A stretch of DNA of 64,000 bases from Octopus sinensis. Its lineage: Eukaryota. The notes under the pieces are model-generated. The model worked only from the letters and a program-made list of their open reading frames with translations, was not told the DNA's origin and did not search any database. Made by a program: the position numbers and the translations under genes. Of this stretch, positions 38,525 to 52,243 are shown piece by piece (position 1 is the stretch's first letter; the number at the start of each line of letters is the position of its first letter). The DNA lies in NCBI RefSeq assembly GCF_006345805.1, contig NC_043004.1:39804001-39868000 (forward strand). Direction: 5' to 3'.

Positions 38525-40010
38525 TCCTTCGGGCTTTATTTTTTCTATGCCCGACTTGTTCGGTAATTTCTTGGTGGATGTCTACCGCAACTGGCAGTTG
38601 AACGAGAGAATTCCTGGTACTATGGCATGGTGGTGCTGGTGAGAAAGGACCCGAACAAGGAGGACCAAATAGATAGTTTTAGGCCCATAACTCTGCCGAA
38701 TTGAGATTATATGACTTTGGCTACGGTGTTAGCCAAGAGGTTGGTGCTTGTCGTTAAGCTGGTCGGTGATGCGCAGATTTCGATACCTTCACTTCGTATG
38801 TTACATAATAATGAGGGTGGGTAAGGAACCTGACATGGGTGGCGCCTTGATCAATTTGGATATAGTCGATCACCAATATTTATAAGCTGTTCTCGCGGCG
38901 GTCTGTTTCGGTCCCGTTTATAGAGGCGGGATCGCTGCAACGTACAGCAACATTTTTTCGGTGGTCTAAATAAATGGTCACTTGTCTGAATCGTTCAGCA
39001 TCGCATGTTCGGTCCGTCAAAGATGTCCGCTCTAATCCATTCTGCACGTGCTGACTCTCGAGCCATTGTAACGAAAGGTGGGTGTTTCGAGGGACATCCC
39101 ACGTGAACTGAGATGCGGAAGATTCGCGTTAGCTTATGTGGACCACGTCATCGTAATAGTGTCGGACATCTCAGATATCGGCATTACCTTAAAGGAGAAC
39201 GAATCGGTTACAGGAGAAAAGATTAGAGAGACAGGTCATTGCCTAATGACAGCGTCGTAGGGCACTGAACGGAAGGACTGCTTAAATTGTACGGGATCTG
39301 GATTAGTCCGAACCTCCAGGTGGACAAAAACTGAAGAGGTGGCTAGTCTCACCCGGAAATGGGCAGAGAGGAAGCTGTTCCTGAAGAGCTGTTCCTGAAC
39401 ATCATTTCCGCCATCCACTACCATCTGTGCGTCATCCCTTGCCCTGCTTCATGGCTGATCAAGCTGGAACGTTTGCTCTTCCGCTTTCTGTAGAAGGGAC
39501 GTGTTCCGCTTGCCAGAAGGTCCATCTGCTGTCAGCAGCCACTGAGTGAAGAACTGAACATGCCGTGGCTAATGATGCGCAGACATGCGTTGAGGCTGCG
39601 ACATCTCCAGCGTTTCCTTGTCGGTCAGCAGATGTGGCCGTCGTTTGTCCGACAGGATTTTCGCAGCTCATCTCATTGAAGGAGCCACAGTCTAGTAGCA
39701 AGAGTACACCGAGAAATGGTGCTTAGCACCTGGAGTGTTGGCAAACGCTCACAGCCCTCTGCCAATTGGGCAATGCAGTCGGTAGAAGTTCCACATTGGA
39801 GTTTTATGGGGAATTAGTGGCAGGTAAGCGCCTGGGAAAAACTCTGGAAGAGATCAATTAGCTGGTCTTTTCTGAAAGATTTTAGGACAAGGCATATAGT
39901 TCTGCCAGGTCGAAACAAGCTCTACAGGCACGGAAGTCAGAGATGTGCGCAGGGCGATAAACCAATTCTGCATGCACTTATCCAGTGTCTGGGCATTGCT
40001 GACTTGTGGA
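38525..40010 (+). pseudogene. Tx1/L1-clade LINE reverse transcriptase relic
   Basis: Broken frames give SFRPITLPN*DY..LATVLAKRL, GALINLD, INGHLSESFSI..SVRQRCPL, LAYVDHV (YADD equivalent), KWAERKLFLK. Confidence 0.85.
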
Positions 40011-40495
40011 ACGTTTCTGAACTCCTTTTGGAGTTGATTAAATAAAACCCAGTTTAGCGCTAGGCTGTACTGCTGGTCTTGTGCTAAATATAAAATTAGC
40101 TGTTTATTATTCAGTTGAAAAACAAAACAAAAATTTTCATTCGAATGGAAATTTATATTTTCTGTTTTTAAGATTGAAGATATTTCTCCACCACTCTTCA
40201 CTTCATTTCACTTTCAAATACAAATTCTAATTATTCTTTTCCAGAAAAAATATTTTTCTAAACGATTCCAATTAGAATTTTTAAAATTATTAGCTTTGGG
40301 ATGTTTCTTGATTTAGTGTTATTTTGTGTTCGTCTTGTGTTCGGTGGGGACCAGTAATTCTAGGTCATGGGGTAGTAGTGACTGATATGTGGTGTGTTTC
40401 TTATCCTAGTGTTGTTTTGTGCTGTTATGGGGTGGTTATGCATGGTATTGGACGTTGTTGGTGTGTTCTGTTCTTGGTATAATCTATTTCATAAA

Positions 40496-41033
40496 TGCGT
40501 TGTCTGTCAAAACTACGTAGGTTCAACGGGATTATCGCTCAGGCGCAGATACACTCTGCATCGACAACAGATTGCATTCCCAGAATACAGAATGATGCCC
40601 TTTAGTGAACATATTGAGAAATACGCAAAGCAACTACTACCAAAATTTTTAATCTTTCCATTCTATCAATGTGCTATTGGAACACCAGCACAAATTAGAT
40701 TAAACAGGGAAGCATTCTTCATTGAAAAATATAAACCAAAACTTAACCATTCTAACATTTTTATACAAGGAAACTCATGTCATTGAAAGAAGAAAAGAAA
40801 TATAAAGCGATTATCTCCCTTATACCGGAAGAAATCCCTGATTACCTTCCCCTGTCTGGAACTCTTCACTTCATAACGAAGACATGACACGGTGTAGGCA
40901 AAGTAATTTGAGAAATTTGAAAAGAATAAACGAAACCGGTTACACAACATTTTCTAACATTTTTCTAACATAACGACTTAAATATATTCTTTATCCTTAT
41001 AACACAAGCCTTCTGTAGTTTTTTCACTCTTTT
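40496..41033 (+). pseudogene. Penelope-like element 3' end: GIY-YIG endonuclease relic plus downstream region
   Basis: CVVCQNYVGSTGLSLRRRYTLH...RLNREAFFIEKYKPKLN matches the PLE 'C..C...YVG.T...L..R...H ... RE..FI.......LN' pattern. Confidence 0.8.
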
Positions 41034-41181
41034 TATTTTGTATACATCCAAACACGTGCATCCACACACCAACTCTCTCATTATATATATATATATTATA
41101 TATATATATATAGTATATAATATTATGTGTGGTGTGTGTGTGTGTTGTAATATATGTATATATATATGTATATATATATAT

Positions 41182-41581
41182 ATACTCTTTTACTTTCAGT
41201 CAGTTGACTGTGGCCATGCTGGAGCACCACCTTTAGTCGAGCAAATCGACCCCAGGACTTATTCTTTGTAAGCCTAGTACTTATTCTATCGGTGTCTTTT
41301 GCCGAACCACTAAGTTACGGGGATGTAAACACACCAGCATCGGTTGTCAAGCGATGTTGGGAGGATAAACACAGACACACAAACACATACACACACATAC
41401 ATATATATACATATATACGACGGGCTTCTTTCAGTTTCCGTCTACCAAATCCACTCACAAGGCTTTGGTCGGCCCGAGGCTATGGTAGAAGACACTTGCC
41501 TAAGGAGCCACGTAGTGGGACTGAACCCTGAACCATGTGGTCGGTATGCAAGCTACTTACCACACAGCCACTCCTACGCCT
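41182..41581 (-). mobile_element. SINE family A (young)
   Basis: Reverse-complement match to 906-1317. Confidence 0.9.
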
Positions 41582-41617
41582 GTATATATATATATATATA
41601 TATCGTAACATATAATT

Positions 41618-41836
41618 GCGAGATGTAAACAGCAATACAGATGTAAACAACAATGCAGAGTCGTAACATATAATTGCCAACCAAGTGTGTCGTCCTATAC
41701 GGGACAGTGCTACTGAAGTTTATAGCTCAAGGAAGACGCAGGGCTATAAAATTCAATAGTGCCGTCCCGTATAGGACGCCACACTTGGTTGGCAATTATA
41801 TGTTACGATTCCGTATTGCTCCTGTTTACATCTCGC
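41618..41836. repeat. Fold-back element (66-bp core arms, 16-nt loop, extended imperfect arms)
   Basis: 41661-41726 vs 41743-41808. Confidence 0.85.
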
Positions 41837-41911
41837 TCAAAGATTTAATATAGTATGTCCATATATACATACATACATATATTACATACATACTATATAT
41901 ACATATATATC

Positions 41912-41979
<68 letters not shown>

Positions 41980-42186
41980 CTATATATATATACCAGAGTA
42001 GGCACATAAATTTGAAACAAGGTGGAAAATAAATTCTTGATCACAGCTTCCTAACGTGCGGGGACGTGAAACTCTAAGTAGCAGTATTTTGTGATAGTTT
42101 TGTGATGTTTTTTGAGCTTTAATAATAGTTCTGTGTGTGTGTGGTGTGTGTGGTGTGTGTGTGTGTGTCTATTATTCATTTACATA

Positions 42187-42778
<592 letters not shown>

Positions 42779-43272
42779 TATAACAGCATTTATGTATGTG
42801 TCTTTGTGTTTGACGACCGGTGTTGGTTTATTTACGTGCCCGTAACAGCGGTTCGGCTGAAAAAAAAATCGCAATGGAATAGGTAGGAAGGTTTCATAAA
42901 GTACTACGGTCAATTCACCAAAAATGAACCTCCGATGTCTGAAACGATAAAGAAAGAGTAAAGAGAAAAATTTTCAAGTAAAAAAAGTTATGCTAGGAAA
43001 ATTTAGTCAGTAAGGAGTACAGAGTTATCTCCCTTACAATAACTAACATTCTGTCTGTTTCAGCTAATTTAATTTTAAAGCAAAATAGTTTAGAGAACAA
43101 AGGGTGAATACAGTTCGATCATCCCCCAGTATACAGCTGGTGATCATTTCTATGACTTGAGCGGAAGTATTTAAATTAGTAGTATTTACGGTATTATAAT
43201 TAAATTTAATTTAATTTAGTTTAGCATTTCAGTTCTAAGGCACTATATTGTGATTTTTCACTGACTTGGGTC

Positions 43273-43885
43273 AGCGACGATGGCGTCAGCGGCGGTGCGG
43301 CGTCGGCGTCAGCGGCGGTGCGGCGTCGGCGTCAGCGGTGGTGCAGCGGCATCAGCGGCATCAGCGGCGACGACGGCGGCGGCGTCAGCGGTGGTGCAGC
43401 GGTGGCGTCAGCGGTGGCGTCAGCGGTGGTGCAGCGGCGGCGTCAACGGTGGAGTCAGCGGCGGCGTCAGCGGTGGTGCAGCGGCGTCAGCGGCGTCAGC
43501 GGCGTCAGCGGCGACGACGGCGGCGGCGTCAGCGGCGGTGCGGGGGCGGCGTCAGCGGTCGTGCAGCGGCGGTGCAGCGGTCGTGCAGCGGTCGTGCAGC
43601 GCGGTGCAGCGGCGGTGCAGCGGTCGTGCAGCGGTCGTGCAGCGGCGGTGCAGCGGCGGTGCAGCGGCGGTGCAGCGGCGTCAGCGGTGATGACATCAGC
43701 GGTGATGATATCGGCGGCGGCAGGGGCGACAGCAGCTGTGGCAACGGTAGTACCAGCGGCAGGGGCGGCGGCGGGGCGGCGGCGGAAGCAGCGGTGGCGG
43801 CAGTGGCGGCGGTGGTAGCTGCACTAGCCGCGGTAGCCGCGGCAGCTGCAGCAGCTGGGGCGGTGACCGTGTTGTCATCGTCATG
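43273..43885. repeat. GC-rich degenerate GCGGCG/GCGTCA/GTGCA low-complexity repeat
   Basis: Recurrent GCGGCGTCA, GCGGTGGTGCA and GCGGTCGTGCA units. Confidence 0.9.
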
Positions 43886-44186
43886 TTAATCCCTGTAGAA
43901 GTTCAACGTTGCAACTCATGTTGAAATTGCAGAACAGCTTTAAGTCAAATTTTCTTGAGAGTTGAAATGTCTAAAAAGAATTTATTTAACCACCGACAAG
44001 TTTACTAAAACCATTTGTATTCTATTCGATTAATAGTTCCACATCAACAATGCCACCATATTGTAACCACGTAGATAACCAACCAAACGAAATTCTTTTC
44101 TTGGCCTATAAAAAAACCTTGAACTTATTAACAAACATCCATTAATTATAACTTTTTTCATTTTCTTTTTTTTTTTGGCCTTACAA

Positions 44187-44386
44187 GTGGATGTGCATGG
44201 CTTAGTGGTTAGGGGTGTTGGGCTCATGATCATAAGATTGCGGTTTCGATTCTTGAGTAAAACACTTTATTTTACGGTGCTCCAAACCACTGAGCTGGCA
44301 AAAGTGAGTAACCCTGCGATGGACCAGTGTGCAGTCCAGGTGAGAAATTCATATGACATGGAAACCGGGAAACCGGGCTTATGAAT
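44187..44386 (+). mobile_element. tRNA-derived SINE, family D
   Basis: Head TGGCTTAGTGGTTAGGG...GGTTTCGATTC; body CCCTGCGATGGACC..TG..GTCCAGG. Confidence 0.6.
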
Positions 44387-44531
44387 CGATATCACTCGGA
44401 AAGGATCTTACTCCATTTGCTTTACAACAGTGAACTAAAACCTATATGGAACATATTTACAGCTATTTGCACTGGATTATTTTAGAATTAAATGTCTTCA
44501 CTGTTCAGAAATATATTCATGTTGACCATTT

Positions 44532-44930
44532 CTGCTGCTGCTGCTGCTGTTGCTGTTGAGCGAACAGTCTTCGTCCCAGAGCTCGCAAGATGGGAGAAGT
44601 CCGAAACGTGGTCCTTTGCTATTCGTAAGACCCGCAGAAGAGAAAGCAGGTCAACCCCCGACACCGAGAGCATCGACGGATGGATGAATGCGCATCCAGG
44701 CTCAGCGGTTGTGTAGGAAGTCGGGGACAAGAGAATAGGAAGGAAGAGTGAGAGAAAGTTGGGGTGAAAGTGTACAACCAACAGGGGTCGCCAGCACCCA
44801 CTGCCGGAGCCTCGTGGAGCTTTAGGTGTTTTCGCTCAATAAACACAGACAACGCCCGGTCTGGGAATCGAAACCGCGATCGTCCGACCGCGAGTCCGCT
44901 GCCTTCACCACTGGGCCATTGCGCCTCCAC
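44532..44930 (-). mobile_element. SINE family C variant with a different 3' tail, inside (CTG)n
   Basis: 44730-44930 matches the family C head/body; 44559-44730 is unrelated to the family C tail. Confidence 0.8.
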
Positions 44931-45658
44931 TGCTGCTGCTGCTGGTGATGATGATGATGATGATGATTAGCCTCGAGGTCAACCCAACAAACAGACCCAA
45001 GATCAAAAGCTTTCTCGCTGCAACCATATTCTTTTCTACTCTAGGCCCGAAATTTTGGGGGAGGGGGTCCAGTCGATTAGATCGACCTCAGTACGCAACT
45101 GGTACTTAATTTATCGATATTTTGTGTATTGCTGAAGTATAACCAATTTATTGCACTTGAATTTTGACAACAAAAGGGTCATATGAACCCTGTAAGGGTC
45201 ATGTGGATTCCGGTTGAGAGCCACTGCCTTAAATAATGTCTTTGCTGATCCACAGCACAGTCTTCAAAAGACGCCGCTCTACTCATTCGCCTGAATTGCT
45301 AGAAATTGCAATCAGCTGTCTTCAAATCACTCTTTACAGACTTAAAAATGTGGCAGATCGATATCCTGGACAATGTAGCCTTAAATGTAATGGGGGGGGG
45401 GGTCACAACTGGAGTGTCTTTTATCATAGGCATAGTTGGTCAGGTCTCACGTGATGATAAAAAATAAAAAACAACACCATAGCACAATGTGTGCCGTTGT
45501 AAGCAGCGAGAGGTGTGTGCGATATTTTGTTAGCTTTCAAAGCTTGCAAAATACTAAGTTATACAGATGTGATTTTCCCTTCGTAGATAAATAACGCAAA
45601 TTTTTATTGTGGTGTTCACGTATTTCTTTTCATGTAAGCCAGGAGTATTAAAGCAGAT

Positions 45659-46056
45659 GATCTTTTCTGTTTGAACGGCAGTATTTAACATACTTTCTAG
45701 GTAACTAAAAAATTTTAAACTTCGTATACTGGTAGAATGTGTTTATAAAACGTCTTATTCTCTTGGCTTTATTAAGAAAATTCCATAGTTTGTAAGATAT
45801 TTGTTGTTGTTTTTCAATTTCTGCAATTTCAACCAATCAATGACGTCTATTGAGATAAAAAGCATTCTGTACCGTATGAATATGTCCCTCGTTTAAGAAA
45901 CAGATTGAGTTTATTTACATTTGTGAACAAAAAAATATACCCTTCTCTAACCCTAAAACAGATTGAAATGCAATAGATCGATACTAGGGTCATAATTATG
46001 GGTGACAATTTCATATGACACCGCTAGAAAAAACTGCCATTCAAACCGAAAAGATC
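45659..46056. mobile_element. Second copy (opposite orientation) of the GATC-ended TIR element
   Basis: Reverse-complement match to 32415-32832. Confidence 0.9.
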
Positions 46057-47004
46057 CAAGCGGATTAACAATACTGCGAATAACAATGAGTCAACAAAAT
46101 ATTGACAACGAATTAACAAGGGAAGTAACTTCGTTAGCATCACATTAGCAATTCAGAGTTAGGTAACTTGGATAGACTACTATTTGTATATCCACCGACT
46201 AATATTTGTTTCTCCGTCTTATCCTCCCTTAGTTTTCCCAATTTTTTTTTGGTTTTCTCACTTTCACCATTTCCAGTCTATATATCTAGCACAGCGAATA
46301 AGAATCCTATTAAGAATTCTGTCCAGAATGATTAACATTCTTTTCTCTCTGTAAAAAATTGTCTTCCGTGCGTTTGCAGGTCTATGCCGATATACCGTTG
46401 TGAATCGGGATAACCTGAGAGTTATCTTACCGTTCCATAGAGTTGTATAAAACGGTTTTTAAAAAAAAACCCAGAAAAATAACGAAAGTGTGTGTGAGAG
46501 AGAGATAAGCACACTCAAGAATACACTATTTATACTTTTATATGCATATATGTACATGCATACGTAGTTATGTATGCATGTATCATGTATGTATGTATGT
46601 ATGTATGTATGTATGTATGTATGTATGCATGTATGTATGATGTATGTATGTATGTATGTATGCATGTATGTATGATGTATGTATGTATGCATATATGTAT
46701 GTATGCATTATGTATGTATGTATGCATGCATGCATGTATCATGTATGTATGTATGTATGTATGTATGTATGTATGTATGTATGTATGTATGTATGTATGC
46801 ATATATGTATGTATGTATGTATGCATGTATGTATTATGTATGTATGTATGTATGTGCCTCTCCTTGTCCTTGGTCTTCAACTCCTGAAGGGGACGATGAG
46901 CACCTTCGTGACACACGGAGTATATGAGATAATTTGGGATGTGATGCAATCTCTCTCCAGCTGTGACCCCAGTAATTTCTTTCAAGGAGGGGGAGAGAGG
47001 GGAA

Positions 47005-47090
<86 letters not shown>

Positions 47091-47092
47091 TT

Positions 47093-47277
47093 CTTTTCTA
47101 CTCTAGGCACAAAGCCCGAAAGTTTTGGGGGAGGCGGCCAGTCGATTAGATCGACTCCAGTACGTAACTGGTACTTAATTTATCGACCCCGAAAGGATGA
47201 AAGGCAAAGTCAACAACGGCGGAATTTGAACTCAAACAGACGAAATACCGCTGAGCATTTCGCCCGACGTGCTAAAG
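47093..47277 (-). mobile_element. SINE family B (short tail)
   Basis: Reverse-complement match to the family B body. Confidence 0.8.
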
Positions 47278-47925
47278 ATAGATTTCTTAGCAAAAACCTA
47301 AATGAACACATGGAAAAAACTGCGGTTTTCAAAGAAAGAAATTAACCAGATAATTAGCGCATTACAATTACAATTTGAAAATGGAACGGTAAAAAGGAGC
47401 AAAACCTTTTTCTCAAGTACAAAATGTAACCTTTTTTTTTTTTTTTCATTCCGATGAAGGAACTTTCTTTGTTAGACACCAGCTCCTTCCTTATAGGAAG
47501 ACTCCAGATAATTAGAAATAGAATAGAATATGCATTAAACATATATACTTACATATGTGTATGTATATACGCGTGTGTGTGTGTTTACTTTGTAGTATGC
47601 CGTTAAAGCCCGGCGTCAACATGTGCCTCGTTGCGACAAATTAACCTTTAAATTAACCAAGCTATCTTTGGCCACTTCTGAGGTTCCGCTCGCTATGAAA
47701 CATATCTAGCCCGGATCTTACTTACTCCATTCCGTAACTCTTGTATTCTTATTTGCACACAACGTTTTTCAGTTAATCGTACTTCGATACACAAAAGAAA
47801 AAATCCACAACCACTTTTTTTCTTTATAATTACTACGGATTGCTTCAAGCTAACTTTCTTTATTCACCTCGATCTGCAGAGCTTATACATACATACATAC
47901 ATACATACATACATACATACATACA

Positions 47926-47957
<32 letters not shown>

Positions 47958-48739
47958 AATATATATATACATATAAATATATATATATATACATATAAAT
48001 ATATATATATACATATAAATATATATATACATATAAATATATATACACATATATATATATATATATATATACATACACACACACATATATATACATGAAT
48101 GCACATATAAGTGTGTGTGTGTGTGTGTATGTGTGTGTGTGTGGCAAGTGAAAGACGGAAGATAGAATATACGAGTATTTATTATTAATCACGACAATTG
48201 TTTCGACACATCTAGCATCGATACCTCGTGTGTGGGTCACTCAACAGCTGGTTCAGGCGCATCCGGTGGTGCAGGTGTATGTTGTCGGGTGATAAATAAA
48301 TACAACTCGTTAAAATAACTGTTCCGCAATGTAACTTCCCGTTTTGTAGAAAGAAAAGCAGACAGACGGAGGAAATATCTTCATTGATATAGGAGATCAA
48401 AATAAAATCACAGATAGCAAAACGAGAATCGAACACGCAATCCGGCGAGAAAAGTATTAAAAATAACAAATATGGATGTATAAACTCGAGCAAGCTGCAT
48501 AGCGCGAGTACACTCGCTCATATAAGCATCCGCAAAAAAGTGAGCATACGCACACGTGAGGTTTGGTGCACTCATGATCACAAAGCGAGTTACCTATTTA
48601 CTTGTAAGAACGGGGAGGTTAAAAGTAAACTTCTATACCTTAAAAGTCATCTATATCTTAAAGTAAATTGAATAATGCTAACAGTTACTCAAAATTCGTT
48701 CTCACTGGATTGTGCGAAAGTGCATTTATATGCGTGTAG

Positions 48740-49780
48740 GTATCTCGAGAGCAGTTCAAAAATTCTATTAATGATCTACTCGTTAGTCCACAGAATAGAC
48801 AGGGATTCCTCGAAGCAGAGACGGCATCTCCTGGAAATTATATTGTATGGTTTCGTGTACCTTACTATGGACCAATTTATGCTGTACTTCATTTTATCCT
48901 TCTTCAGTCGCCATACAAAATCTGCGAACGATGTTGAATGTCTGTTATTGATTGTCTTAAAGCTGGCAACATGGTTATGATAACAATTCTTAAATGAATC
49001 AGCCGTCTGCCCAATGTAAACATACAGCCCTCCCCTTGTGTGTACAGTACATTTATACACAAGATTTGTATTCATACAGAGATTCATCAAAGGACATTTT
49101 TATTTTTCTCTGCATGAGCATTTATCGTATTCATTTGTATATAAGACTGTCCTGACTCTATTTACCAGCGTTGTTTCCGTGTTAGCTGTATCATAAGTAT
49201 TTCTACTACTACAAATTGGTCATAATTGGTGTTTATCATTGCGGTTTACATCTCCTTAGTTGGTATTTAGATGCAAATATTCGCTAGATCCAGTAGGTGG
49301 GCTAGTGAACCTTTGCCACATTTTGCTATTGTTTATACTATGCATACGCTGCTCTAAATTATCAGAGTTGGTGTAGGATACCTTCACGGTGTGTCGATTA
49401 AAAATAGCATGATACCGATTAGATTTAAGAAAACACTTGTCCAAAGTAGCAAAAAATTTCCCAGCGATCTTGGTTGAAACATGCGAACCGAAAATCGGGT
49501 TGAACCAGAGGGCATCCTGATTCCTATATCTGTTGTTAGGCTTATTTGATCGAGTGTGTTGTACAGGATTGGAACAAGCAGTTGAATTATTATGTCGCAT
49601 GTGGCTACGAGTTTTCGTTGGTAGTTCATTGATATGACCAATTCTTCCTGGCCTGTGTAATTTTTCTGGGTGAGTTCTCAAACCGTTGAGGTGATATACA
49701 ATGTGTATCACAGCTGGAGGAATTACCAGTGTTGTGTGTGCCTGCTTCTTGTATATATTGAATTGTTTCACGATACCAAG
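48740..49780 (-). pseudogene. Penelope-like element ORF C-terminus (RT thumb/linker + GIY-YIG), degenerate
   Basis: RNQDALWFNPIFGSHVSTKIAGKFF..LDKCF...IFNRHTVKVSY and LVYKCTV...YIGQTADSFKNCYHNHVASF...ST.FADFVWRLK...WSI...Y...CRLC.EE, typical of Neptune/Naiad-type PLEs. Confidence 0.9.
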
Positions 49781-50220
49781 TTAGTCACACGGTGACAACT
49801 CGTGAGTTGAGAGAGAGCTGACATCAGTTAGAGAAACCGACCTCTAGAATCATGGCCACAAACGGCCAGAGCGAAAAAGCGACTATACGAGACCCAACTT
49901 CCCACACTCTCCCACTTTCACTAACTCACTTTCTCTTCTCTGTACATTTCTATATCTCTCTCTATGGTTGACTACTACAATAAGAACATACAGGCCGAAA
50001 TTAACTTTTTTTACTTCGCATGCTCTAGGATTTTATTACCTGCCCGTCGAACCAAGGTATATACAAATGTAACAGTAAATAAATATTTTCTTCACGACTT
50101 CAATCACTGTACTTTCATCTTTACATAATGGCAATCAACGAAGAACCAATCCTTACAAACTGATAACGACTCCGACATTTCATATTACTGTTTACTAATT
50201 AATTTCATCCGTTTTATATA

Positions 50221-50263
<43 letters not shown>

Positions 50264-50326
50264 GGGAGTAAATCTAAACTTACAGGGAAAAATTAGATCT
50301 AGGATAAAATCTAATTTTACAGTATA

Positions 50327-50599
50327 AATATAAATTAAATTAGAGATAAAACAACTATAAGGCAAAGCAAACAATGAAAAACATAAACCAAAACATAAAA
50401 ATAAAATTAATTAATATAATATACAAAATATACAAAATATAAAATTCAAAATTTAAATTATTTAAAATTTTTTAATAATTGAAATTTTGAATTTCATATT
50501 TTATATATTTTGTATATTATATTAATTAATTTTATTTCTATGTTTTGGTTTATGTTTTTCACTGTTTGATTTGCCTAATAGTGGTTTATCTCTAATTTA

Positions 50600-50610
<11 letters not shown>
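50327..50610. repeat. AT-rich palindrome, ~140-bp arms, essentially no spacer
   Basis: Arms meet near 50467; a few mismatches and one small indel. Confidence 0.85.
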
Positions 50611-50640
<30 letters not shown>

Positions 50641-51563
50641 AACAAAAACAACAAACGGAAAAATTCGTAGCTATTTCCTCATCAGTCAACGTCCAAAAGA
50701 TCCTTACAATTTTGCACCTTCAACATTGATTTTTGGTGGTGCCGGTGGCGAAACGCCACTGGGAATAGCTAACAACGTTGTACAGGACAATGACGAAAAC
50801 AAACGCGACAAAATAAAATAAATATAGTAATTATACATATACAACAACATAAAAGGCCGGGCGGCCGCAAGACAGACGAATATGGGTAGATATACATCCT
50901 TGCTCCCATACACACCGTCGCCTACAACAGGTTCGTTCGTTTGTTTGATCAAGAGCATCATCAAGCTCCTTCCGTTAGCCTGCCGTTGTCACAGTTGTTG
51001 TGGCTTCCCGCCGCACCCGGCACCGTCTTGAAAGGGATTTATGGTCGAACAAACGAACCCCAGTACTCTTTTGTAAGCCTGGTACTTATTCTATCAATCT
51101 ATTAACAAATGGATTGCCCAACGATTGTGCGTAGAGGAAAACACAAGCAGAAACAAACATGAACAGACGCATATATATAATGGGCTTCCATACAGTTTTC
51201 GTCTACCGAATTCATTTACAAGACATTAATCAATCTGGGGCTGTAGTAGAAGATATTTATCCAAGGAGCTGCACAAAGCGTCCTTCTTAACAATGCAGCC
51301 ATGCCTGCGCCTATACATACATACATACATACATACATACATACATACATACATACATACATACATACATACATACGTACGTACGTACGTACGTACATAC
51401 GTACATGTATGCATATATTTTTGTATGTTTGTGTGTACACACATATATATACACAATACATACATACATATAGGGGGAGTTTACGAAAAGAAACAAAAGA
51501 CGAAGACAGATGGTGTACAAAACAAACAGATGTATTAGTATAACGCTCAGGAATAGAAAAAGT

Positions 51564-51599
51564 CTTTTACATTTCGAGCGTACACTCTTCTACAGAAAG
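51564..51599 (-). ncRNA. Variant minimal type I hammerhead motif (same family as 3416-3451)
   Basis: CTTT CTGTAGA A GAGT-GTAC-GCTC GAAA TG T A AAAG; downstream sequence matches 3452-3530. Confidence 0.55.
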
Positions 51600-51734
51600 G
51601 GACACAGAAAAAAAAAGGAGAGAAAAAGAATGTGTGTAGTGGCTAACGATCTATCATGGCGACTAGTGCCGGACAGAAGAGTCAAACACGAGAGGAAAGT
51701 AGGGGAGATAACAAGGTAAAGATGACCCCATATA

Positions 51735-51774
<40 letters not shown>

Positions 51775-51857
51775 TATATAGATATATATATATATACATA
51801 CATACATACATACATACATACATACATACATAAGTACGTACGAACGTACATACATAC

Positions 51858-52146
51858 ATCCTAAGACCCCTTTGGTCATGACTCGCCATGGGTTTGCACC
51901 TAGAAAGTTACCCTCCCAGGCACAAGTCCGGGCAATGTTGTTTATGGAAGCCAGCAGTCGCCCATGCATACCAGCCTCCCCCTCTCCACGACACTAGTGT
52001 TAACCAAGAGAAAGGCAAAGGCTGATACAGCTTGGCACCAGTGACGTCGCAACTCATTTCTACAGCTGAGTGAACTGGAGCAACGTGAAATAAAGTGTCT
52101 TGTTCAAGAACCTAACACACAGCCCGGTCCGGGATTCAAGCTCACA
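51858..52146 (-). mobile_element. tRNA-derived SINE, family E (CORE-like body, distinct tail)
   Basis: Minus strand GTGAGCTTGAATCCCGGACCGGG...TTGAACAAGACACTTTATTTCACGTTGCTCCAGTTCACTCAGCTG. Confidence 0.65.
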
Positions 52147-52208
52147 ACCTCACAATCAATTTAAGTTCACCCATGTGTGTGTGTATGTGTGTGTGTGTGT
52201 GTGTGTGT

Positions 52209-52243
<35 letters not shown>

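Noticed and set aside
43266-43889. 207-aa Arg/Gly/Ala/Ser-rich ORF and overlapping frames
   Set aside because: Open in several frames on both strands because of the GC repeat; non-ATG start and no domain signal.
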